Shown in pieces: positions 56,557 to 64,000 of a stretch of DNA of 64,000 bases. Origin of the DNA: an uncultured bacterium (GTDB lineage Bacteria > Oederibacteriota > Muellerivitia > Muellerivitales > Muellerivitaceae); the NCBI GenBank assembly GCA_964392085.1, contig CAYMOV010000005.1, forward strand, positions 5,343 through 69,342. Direction: 5' to 3'. The first letter of the stretch is position 1. Each line of letters opens with the position of its first letter. The position numbers and the translations under genes were made by a program. The notes beneath the pieces are model-generated. The model was not told where the DNA came from, did not search any database, and worked only from the letters and a program-made list of their open reading frames with translations.

Positions 56557-56572
56557 TGGCCCGCTTCTTGCT
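56557..56572 (+). promoter_or_regulatory. Sigma-54 promoter
   Basis: TGGCCCGCTTCTTGCT, identical to 53700-53715. Confidence 0.75.
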
Positions 56573-56636
56573 TTCAACTACAACAACAAGGGCGCATTCC
56601 CGGCCCTGATGTCCCTGATTCCTTCAAGGAAGATCC

Positions 56637-56990
56637 ATGGCCAAGAACCTTCGCGAGAGACCCGTCCCTTCCACCTTCTTGGACACGATGATCCGGATAG
56701 GCGGCGCCTTCATCGGCGGCGCGAAGCCCCTGGTCCACCGGTTGCGTGACGGCCTGGAGTCCCAGGCGGACCTCTACACCCAAGCCCTGGAGCGCCGCCT
56801 GGTGGCTTTGGCCCTCCGGGGATTCGCCCTTTTCCTGGGCGTGTGCTTCATCGGGTTGGGGATCCTTTTCACCCTGATCGACAAGGGGGGCGTCCCCCGG
56901 GGGATCGCCTTCCTTGGCGGCGGGTTGTTCGGCCTGTTGGTTTATGCCTTTTTACTCAAATACAGCAAGGAAAGCGGGTGGACGACGTGA
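56637..56990 (+). CDS. Two-TM membrane protein (YqjE/holin-like)
   Basis: Amphipathic N-half, two C-terminal TM segments; coupled to next gene. Confidence 0.6.
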   Translation: MAKNLRERPVPSTFLDTMIRIGGAFIGGAKPLVHRLRDGLESQADLYTQALERRLVALALRGFALFLGVCFIGLGILFTLIDKGGVPRGIAFLGGGLFGLLVYAFLLKYSKESGWTT

Positions 56991-57295
56991 CCCAAAACAA
57001 CGTGGCCATGAAGAAGCAGATCCTGAAGCACCTCGAGGCGGGCAAGGCCAAGCTGGCCTGGCTGGAGGCCAAGGTCCTCGACGAGAAGAAGATCCAAAAG
57101 CTCCGGGACGAGTTCGAGAAGTCGAAGCAAAAAATGGCCGACCTCAAGGACAAGTTCAACGCCTACGAGGAAAAGGCCGTCCAATACATCGAGTTGAACC
57201 CCAAGAAGGCCCTGGCCATGGCCACCGCCGCCGGTGTCTTGGCGGGCGCCCTTTGGGGTTCCTCCGGCAAGACAACCGTCAAGAGGAAGAAATAA
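56987..57295 (+). CDS. DUF883/ElaB/YqjD-like tail-anchored protein
   Basis: Coiled coil then YIELNPKKALAMATAAGVLAG. Confidence 0.7.
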   Translation: MTQNNVAMKKQILKHLEAGKAKLAWLEAKVLDEKKIQKLRDEFEKSKQKMADLKDKFNAYEEKAVQYIELNPKKALAMATAAGVLAGALWGSSGKTTVKRKK

Positions 57296-57356
57296 CCCTC
57301 CGCATCGTGCCGGTCGCAATCGGCGTGTTGTTCACGACGCCCCGGAAGTGTGAATC

Positions 57357-58118
57357 ATGTTGACTGTCCGAAGGTCCGAAGAGCGCCATCACATCCAAAA
57401 CGACGGGCAAAACACCTGGGTGACGTTTGATTGGGGAAACAAGGCCGATCCCCTGCGGGACGGCTTCGGGGTGCTGAAGATCCTCAATGAGGAAACCCTG
57501 TCCCCGGGTCGGGGCTTCATCCTCCATACGCACAACGACATGGTGGTGGTGACCTACGTGCAGGCGGGCATGGTCATCTACAAGGGCACGCTTGAGGAAC
57601 CCGATTTCCTGGAGACCAAGGAATTCCAGCGGATCAACTCCACGCCCGACACGAAGCAGTACGTCTTCAACCCCTCCCAATCCGAGGACGCCCATGTCTT
57701 CCAAAGCGGGTTCACCCCCCAAGCGGGCGCTTTGAGGCCCGGGAGCCTGAAGAAGCTCTTCACCCACGCGGAACGGCAGGGGATCCTGAAACTTATCGCC
57801 TCCCCCGACGGCCGGGAGGGTTCCCTCCCTATCCAACAGGACGTCTACATGTATTCCACCTACGCGCACAATGGGAACCATGTCGTCCACGAGATCACCG
57901 CCGGAAGGACCACCTGGCTCCACGTGGTCAAGGGAGAGGTCCAGATGGCGGACCTTCATCTCAAAACAGGGGACGCTGTCGGCGTCTCGGATGAAAGGTC
58001 CATCTCCTTCACGGCGAAGGGCCCGACCGAGATATTGCTCTTCGACCTTTGCGCCCCGGTACCCGACAAGCTCACCAAGAACTCCGACGTCAACCGCCAG
58101 AACGCCATGATGAATTAG
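57357..58118 (+). CDS. Pirin family (YhhW-like) protein
   Basis: VRRSEER, FGVLKILNEE, HTHND, LIASPDGREGSL.IQQD, EILLFDL. Confidence 0.88.
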   Translation: MLTVRRSEERHHIQNDGQNTWVTFDWGNKADPLRDGFGVLKILNEETLSPGRGFILHTHNDMVVVTYVQAGMVIYKGTLEEPDFLETKEFQRINSTPDTKQYVFNPSQSEDAHVFQSGFTPQAGALRPGSLKKLFTHAERQGILKLIASPDGREGSLPIQQDVYMYSTYAHNGNHVVHEITAGRTTWLHVVKGEVQMADLHLKTGDAVGVSDERSISFTAKGPTEILLFDLCAPVPDKLTKNSDVNRQNAMMN

Positions 58119-58365
58119 CGGGATGATGAGGAATCCGGACTCAAGTGGCCCCCCCAACCGATCACAGTAGGGGGACTTCCGGCTTCCCATTGTCATTGGG
58201 AACAAAGTCAAAAGCGGGGTCGTGTCGCACGAGCGAATCACCCAAAAAACCGGGATTTACGGCCATTCGCACGAACCAAGTGGTTGTCGACTCGCCTTGA
58301 GAAAGCCTTTTTTCGCCAGGGTCGTCAGGGGGTTGTGTCGCCTGACTTTGGGCCAGGGGTCGGTT

Positions 58366-59658
58366 TTAGAATATATTTACCTTATGAGAGTTCCCTTCCC
58401 GCTTTCCGGCCACTCCGTAATAATTCAACAGATATCGCATGGTAAGGCCCTGAACCAAAACGGAGAAGAGAACAACCCCGTAAGTGGCTGCCAGGATTAA
58501 ATCCTTTTCCGGCAGGTCCGGCAAGGAAAGGGCCATTGCGATCGAAAGCCCACCCCTCAAACCTCCCCACGTGAGAATAGAAACGATTCCTCTTCGGCTT
58601 TCGTTCCATTGGATGAATCGAATGGGAAGGATGACCGAAAGAAACCTTGAAGCCAAAACAACGGGTACGGCCCCCAGGCCTATCAGCAGGTTGCGCCCAC
58701 CTACAAAAGTGTCAAAAACCTTCAGACCGATTAAAAGGAATAACACAGCATTCAAGATGTCGTCCATCATTCCCCAAAAAGCATCAAAATGCTCCGCGGT
58801 TTTTTGACTCATGGCATATCGCTTGCCGTGGTTGCCGATCAAAAGCCCCGCCACCACCACCGCGATGGGGCCGGATACACCCAACCGGAAAGAAAGGGAG
58901 TACATAAACATGACCAAAGCCAACGTGATCAAAAGTTCTAACTGGTGATAATTGATGCTTTTGAGCATCCTGAACGCCATGTAGCCCAAACCTAATCCTA
59001 AGAGAACACCACCAACCACTTCCCGCAGGAACAACCAAAACACATAGAGAGGGGATAAGGAAAGGGCAGATCCTTCCCCCCCGATTCCCGCCAAAGAGGT
59101 TAGGGCGAAAAAAACGACGACTCCCACACCATCATTGAAAAGGGATTCACCGGCGATGGTGGCCTCCAATTCCTTCGGGGCCCTTAGTTCTTTTAGCAGT
59201 CCCAAGACCGCGATTGGATCAGTGGGTGAAATAAGCGCCCCAAATACCATGCAAACCAAAAGGGAGACCTCCATTCCCGAGGCTTTGAGAAGCGCATAAC
59301 TCAGTCCCCCTACCATTGCCGTTGAAAAGAGGACACCTAGGGTCGCCAATACGAGGATGGTCCATCGGTTGGCCTTCAAGTCCTTGAATTTGACGTGGAG
59401 GGCCCCCGCAAACAAAAGAAAACAAAGCATGCCATGCATTAAAACCCGGTTGAAGTCGATGCCCGCCAGGAAAGTATTCAGGCCCGCCTTCAGGTGCCAC
59501 TGGGGTAGAAGCCAGCCGGTCGCCAACATGAAGAGAGAACTGAAGAGGGCAATGCTCATGATGCCTGTGGTGGCCGGAAGCCGTAAGAACCGGTAATTGA
59601 GGTAGCCGAACGCCGCCGCCAGGGCGATCAAAACAGCCGCGATATCGAAAACAGTCAT
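58366..59658 (-). CDS. CPA1 Na+/H+ antiporter (NhaP-like)
   Basis: LFAGAL, PTDPIAVL, GESLFNDGVG, WGGLRGG; visibly lower GC. Confidence 0.92.
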   Translation of the reverse strand: MTVFDIAAVLIALAAAFGYLNYRFLRLPATTGIMSIALFSSLFMLATGWLLPQWHLKAGLNTFLAGIDFNRVLMHGMLCFLLFAGALHVKFKDLKANRWTILVLATLGVLFSTAMVGGLSYALLKASGMEVSLLVCMVFGALISPTDPIAVLGLLKELRAPKELEATIAGESLFNDGVGVVVFFALTSLAGIGGEGSALSLSPLYVFWLFLREVVGGVLLGLGLGYMAFRMLKSINYHQLELLITLALVMFMYSLSFRLGVSGPIAVVVAGLLIGNHGKRYAMSQKTAEHFDAFWGMMDDILNAVLFLLIGLKVFDTFVGGRNLLIGLGAVPVVLASRFLSVILPIRFIQWNESRRGIVSILTWGGLRGGLSIAMALSLPDLPEKDLILAATYGVVLFSVLVQGLTMRYLLNYYGVAGKREGNSHKVNIF

Positions 59659-59659
59659 T

Positions 59660-61099
59660 TTAAGAATCCCCAGCTCTTCTTCGGCTTAACGATTCCAACC
59701 GGACAAGAGCCGGCTTAGTTGTCCCGGGTTTTCCCTCCGAGCTTTTTACGTGGAAAGCAAGGTGACGATACAAAGGGACCGGCATGATCAGTTTTCCCAC
59801 CCCTTGCGCCAGGAAAGCGCCGATCATGAAGGGAATCAAAAGCATGCTTTGATCCGTCATTTCCATAATAATGATGACTGCCGTCAATGGAGCCTGAACC
59901 ACTCCTGAAAAGAAAGCCACCATTCCAATCAATGCGCAAGCCTTTAATCCCGCCACTTGAAATAACTGGCCGGTGGTAAAACCCAATCCGGCTCCAATGG
60001 ACAAACAAGGGGAAAATATCCCCCCCGCCATGCCGGACAAATAGGAAAAGGCAGTGGTGAGCAGTTTTTCAGGGAAATAAAGGGATGGCAGGGTTCCCTG
60101 TGCGTTATCCATAAAACGCCGGGTCACTTCATAGCCCGATCCCGCCGTGTCACCGTTGGTAAGAACGTTGATCAAAGCGCAAATAATTCCACACACGAGG
60201 GCTTTTCCCCACCAGGACGAAGGAAGAATTCGGTATTTAGGGTGAGTTAGTATCTTTGAAAAAACACCTCCAAATATCCCGCCCAAGAGACCGAGTAGTA
60301 TGGCGATTGGAATCAGGCTTAATGCCGATCCCTTTACAACAGGGTGGCCAAAGTAAAGGTAATTGCCTCCGATGGCTTGTGCGGTAATTCCACCAACAAT
60401 GACGGCCAACATGACTATTCGCTTGAACTGGGCGAAGGAATGTTCGGCGATCTCCTCTAACGCGAAGGTAATGCCCGCCAATGGGGTGTTAAAAGCCGCC
60501 GAAATCCCAGCTGATGCACCCGCAATAAGGTAGGACTGAAGATCCAAAGTGCCGAAATAGCGGCGTGCATGCCGTGCCGTAAAGGCAAAAACTGAAGAAG
60601 CCACTTGCACCGTCGGGCCTTCCCGGCCAATAGAAGCCCCGCCCAGGATTCCGACAACACTTGATATGATTTTCCAAGCGGCTGTTTTAATGGACACCAA
60701 CGGCCCTGTCATTTCACCGCGTTTTCCGTTTTCCACCCCATCAATCGCCTGAAGCACTTGAGGTATGCCGCTCCCTTTGGCTTCAGGCGCAAATTTCACT
60801 ACCAGCCATGTCGCCATAAGGAACAGGCACGGCCCAAGCAGAAGCGCCAAATAAGGATGGCTCTGTAATCCTTTATTAAATACGCCCTGGGTCAAAGTTA
60901 TAAGTTCCGCATAGAAATAGGCGATGATACCCACCACGACAGCCGCCAACAATAATGAAGCCTGCATCGTCGTCTTAGGGTGGATGGGGTTCAATTCCCT
61001 AGCACCGGCAGAAATACCCTTTCCAATATGTGAAACCGACTTCGATAATTCGTCCTTGGCTTTCCTCAGATTCATCTTCCTTTGATTCTTAGGCGCCAC
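59660..61099 (-). CDS. ClC family Cl-/H+ transporter
   Basis: GSGIP, GREGP, AAFNTPLAG..FALEE, GGIFSP; visibly lower GC. Confidence 0.92.
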   Translation of the reverse strand: MAPKNQRKMNLRKAKDELSKSVSHIGKGISAGARELNPIHPKTTMQASLLLAAVVVGIIAYFYAELITLTQGVFNKGLQSHPYLALLLGPCLFLMATWLVVKFAPEAKGSGIPQVLQAIDGVENGKRGEMTGPLVSIKTAAWKIISSVVGILGGASIGREGPTVQVASSVFAFTARHARRYFGTLDLQSYLIAGASAGISAAFNTPLAGITFALEEIAEHSFAQFKRIVMLAVIVGGITAQAIGGNYLYFGHPVVKGSALSLIPIAILLGLLGGIFGGVFSKILTHPKYRILPSSWWGKALVCGIICALINVLTNGDTAGSGYEVTRRFMDNAQGTLPSLYFPEKLLTTAFSYLSGMAGGIFSPCLSIGAGLGFTTGQLFQVAGLKACALIGMVAFFSGVVQAPLTAVIIIMEMTDQSMLLIPFMIGAFLAQGVGKLIMPVPLYRHLAFHVKSSEGKPGTTKPALVRLESLSRRRAGDS

Positions 61100-61593
61100 A
61101 ATTACCTCTTGATCCGACTTTCAGTCGCATGTGACTCGATTTTCTGATGCCTTAATACAGTTTAAAGCCATTTCACTAACAATTTATACACCCACCCTAT
61201 AATAAATTCACTCCATCAGTTTACGACCACCCTGGCCTTCGACATGAAGACCTCTTGCTTCAGGACCCTTCACCGAACTTCCAGTTGAAGCTCTCGATAG
61301 CCTACGTTGTCCATGCCCCTTTGACGGCGGATATCAAGATGGAATGACCTACCAGAGCATGCTTTGGATCCCCTTCATGACTGGCCTTCCCAGATCCAAT
61401 AGTCGTAAAATTCATCCTGCTGGTCCAACTTTATCGTCATCCGGCTTTTCAAAAAACCGTGAAGGAAGGACAATGATAGCTTGAAATCATGATTTCTAAA
61501 ACCAGGAGGAATACCATTATGATCATTCTTGGGGTTGTCCGTGCTTTTCCTGTCATTCCGTTTTTCTGAACTGGATTGTTGATCCTTTTCGCC

Positions 61594-62478
61594 CTATGCC
61601 TTGACCGCCTCAAACCCGGATATAACGTCGAAAAGTTCCTCGTCGATGGTCATCTGGCGTTGCCGTCGGAACTTTCCGTTGAGGTCGACCAACAGGTCCC
61701 CAATGTTTTTTTCGGCCCGTTGCATCGCGGCCAACCGGCTCGCGTTCTCGCTCGCGAGGGACTCGGCGCAGGCCCGGAACAGGGAAACGAAAAGGTACTC
61801 CCGCAGGAACGCCCGCAAAGCCCCAGAGACGTCCCCCACGACATCGGGCGGCGACTTCGTCGGCCAGGGAAGTCCCTCCAGGTCCCGCCTCCAGGTTTCA
61901 TCCAAGGGAAGCAGCCGCTGGTGGACGGGCTCGTAAACCGCCCCGGTGGAGGGACGGTTGTAGAAAAGGTGGAGTTCAGGGGCCGGAACCCGGTCGCTCC
62001 CCGTTCCCTGTTCCACGAGGATCCGGCCGACCAGCGGCGCGATGGTCCCGACGGAGTTCGGCACATGATGGAGACCCACCGGCCGCAGGCCTTCGTCCGT
62101 CAGGCGGGCGTGAACCCTTTCCCCGATAGCCCACAACTCGGGTGGGCCCTTCAAGGCCGCCAACGTCCCGGCCGCGAACCGGGATACCCGCTCGTTGAAG
62201 GATCCCACCAGACCCTGGTCCGAACCAAACACGATGGCGCGCACCGGCGCCCCAGTCTTCCTCGGCTTCCAAGCGGGAAATTTGCGGCCCCTACCTTGTT
62301 GCCGGAGGAGGAGGCCCAGCCCCAGTTCCACCCCGCGGGTGTAGTCCTTGGTCGCCCGTACCGATTTCTCGTATTGCCCAATGCTGGAGGCGGCCATCGC
62401 CTTCATCGCCCGGACGACCGATCCAAGGTCACCGGCCGAACGGATCTTCCGCTTCAAGACCGCCGTGGAATCGCTCAT
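61594..62478 (-). CDS. atpG: F1 ATP synthase gamma subunit (alternate/N-ATPase type)
   Basis: [49 protein letters not shown]. Confidence 0.93.
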   Translation of the reverse strand: MSDSTAVLKRKIRSAGDLGSVVRAMKAMAASSIGQYEKSVRATKDYTRGVELGLGLLLRQQGRGRKFPAWKPRKTGAPVRAIVFGSDQGLVGSFNERVSRFAAGTLAALKGPPELWAIGERVHARLTDEGLRPVGLHHVPNSVGTIAPLVGRILVEQGTGSDRVPAPELHLFYNRPSTGAVYEPVHQRLLPLDETWRRDLEGLPWPTKSPPDVVGDVSGALRAFLREYLFVSLFRACAESLASENASRLAAMQRAEKNIGDLLVDLNGKFRRQRQMTIDEELFDVISGFEAVKA

Positions 62479-64000
62479 GGTGGGGCCTTGGGGCCGGCAA
62501 CCGCGTCCGCCTGGACCGCGGGTCCTGTTTTTGACCCCGGTTCGGCCGTTGGTTTCGGGTCAACCTTCGTTTCAGGCTTCGGTCCCGGCTCGGTGGAGGG
62601 CGGGGGTTCCTTCGGTGCGTCGGGTTTGGGGTCGGCTTTCTCCCCCGGCTTGGTTACAGGTTTCGCCCCTTCTTTCGTTTCCGGCTTCGGTCCCGTCTCG
62701 GCGCCGGGCGGGGGTTCCTTGGGGGCGTCGGGCTTGGGGTCGGCCTTCTCCCCCGGCTTGGTATCCGGTTTGGAACTGAAGCCCGCCAGCGCTCCCCGGG
62801 CGGTTTGGAGGATTTTCTCACGGTCCTCCCCGCCCAATTCCGGGGCGGTCAACAGCCTTCCGCGAAGTCCCTCCTCCATCTTCTCCGCCGCTTCACGCAA
62901 GGCCTTCTCCGCGTCCTTCATCTTGTCCATCGGCACCGCGTCGAAGAGGTCCGCGGAAAGGGCCAACAGGACCGCGATCTGCGCGGCCACCGTGACCGGG
63001 GAGGCCTCGGGTTGTTTGAGGCAGGCTCGGATCCGCCGCCCGTGTTCCAGCGTCTTTCGCGTGGCCTCATCCAGGCGGGCCCCGAACCGGGAGAAGGCCT
63101 CCAATTCCTCGAATTGCGCGAAGGCGAGCTTGAGGTTCCCCGCCACCGCTCGGTAGGCCGCGTGTTGGGCCTTGCCGCCGACGCGCGAAACAGACTTCGC
63201 GACGTCGACCGCCGGCAGCACGCCCGACTCGAAAAGGGTCGGTGAAAGGTAGATCTGCCCGTCGGTGATGGAGATCAGGTTCGTCGGGATATAGGCGGAG
63301 ATGTCTTGGGCCTCAGTCTCGATGATGGGCAAGGCGGTGAGGGAGCCCCCACCCAGTTCACCCCGGAGGTGGGTGGCCCGTTCGAGAAGGCGCGAGTGGA
63401 TGTAGAAGATGTCCCCCGGAAAAGCCTCCCGGCCCGGCGGTCGGCGCAGCAGCAGGGACAACTCACGGTAGGCCCGCGCGTGGTGGGTCAGGTCGTCGTA
63501 AACGATCAATACATCGCGCCCCGCCTCCATGAAGGCCTCCGCGACGCTGGTCGCGGCGTAAGGGGCGATGTAGGCGAGGCCCGGCGGGTCATTGCCCGCG
63601 GCCACGATGACGACGGTATAGCGCAGGGCGTCCTTTTCCCGAAGGGTCGCGATGGCCTTCGCGACGGCGGACGCGCGCTGGCCGATGGCGCAATACACGC
63701 AGAGGACCCCCTGTTCCCCTTGGTTGATGATGGCGTCGATGGCCAGGGTGGTCTTGCCTGTCTGGCGGTCGCCGAGGATCAGTTCGCGTTGGCCCCGCCC
63801 CACGGGAATGAGCGCGTCGATGACCTTCCAACCCGTTTGGAGGGGAACCTGGACGGGCGCGCGGTCCATGATGGGCGGGGCGGGACGCTCAATCGGAAGG
63901 CGCCGCCCAGCGGCCGGCGCCTCCCCGCCATCGAGGGGGCGGCCGAGCGGGTCGATCACGCGCCCCAGCAACCCCTTTCCGACCGCCACGTCCATGACCC
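62475..64000 (-). CDS. atpA: F1 ATP synthase alpha subunit (alternate/N-ATPase type), 5' part outside window
   Basis: [48 protein letters not shown]; Pro/Lys-rich C-tail. Confidence 0.95.
   Translation of the reverse strand, partial: VMDVAVGKGLLGRVIDPLGRPLDGGEAPAAGRRLPIERPAPPIMDRAPVQVPLQTGWKVIDALIPVGRGQRELILGDRQTGKTTLAIDAIINQGEQGVLCVYCAIGQRASAVAKAIATLREKDALRYTVVIVAAGNDPPGLAYIAPYAATSVAEAFMEAGRDVLIVYDDLTHHARAYRELSLLLRRPPGREAFPGDIFYIHSRLLERATHLRGELGGGSLTALPIIETEAQDISAYIPTNLISITDGQIYLSPTLFESGVLPAVDVAKSVSRVGGKAQHAAYRAVAGNLKLAFAQFEELEAFSRFGARLDEATRKTLEHGRRIRACLKQPEASPVTVAAQIAVLLALSADLFDAVPMDKMKDAEKALREAAEKMEEGLRGRLLTAPELGGEDREKILQTARGALAGFSSKPDTKPGEKADPKPDAPKEPPPGAETGPKPETKEGAKPVTKPGEKADPKPDAPKEPPPSTEPGPKPETKVDPKPTAEPGSKTGPAVQADAVAGPKAPP

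Noticed and set aside
58191-58352. Transposon-end-like TGT..ACAAAGTCA and TGACTTTG
   Set aside because: Short match; no transposase, matching far end or target duplication seen
61100-61575. Short ORF fragments between ClC and atpG
   Set aside because: Interrupted by stops with no recognisable family; cannot support a pseudogene call
61576-63156. 526-aa plus-strand ORF
   Set aside because: Antisense shadow of atpG/atpA

Overview
GC-rich chromosomal window from a diderm bacterium (TamB/Omp85, outer-membrane beta-barrels, many lipoproteins). Pro/Thr-stalked secreted proteins with PNP-type C-termini suggest an uncultured lineage, but taxonomy cannot be fixed from sequence alone. I saw no rRNA, tRNA, CRISPR array or intact transposase. 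Bases 1-41000 are mixed housekeeping and accessory genes: thiO, ABC-F ATPase, tamB-omp85, siroheme nitrite/sulfite reductase, DEAD-box helicase, GH2 glycosidase, RHH-RelE toxin-antitoxin pair, MarR-PhzF/aminotransferase, three large Thr/Pro-stalked surface proteins and several palindromic repeats. Bases ~41000-58100 form the most striking block, a stress island with five tandem DUF3494 (ice-binding family) lipoproteins with two stalk-length classes, Dps, a rubredoxin-like protein, Fe/Mn SOD, two beta-barrels, a LysM lipoprotein, GlsB/YeaQ, ADH, Crp/Fnr, YqjE/YqjD-like genes and pirin. Six sigma-54-type (-24/-12) promoters in this island are accompanied by a shared upstream palindrome (ATCA-N3-TGA), suggesting one regulon. 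The window ends with a visibly lower-GC ClC + CPA1 antiporter pair downstream of atpA-atpG in N-ATPase-like order. Other signals are a pair of small unknown paralogs, an unannotated 28-aa ORF and a metalloprotease broken by two compensating frameshifts.
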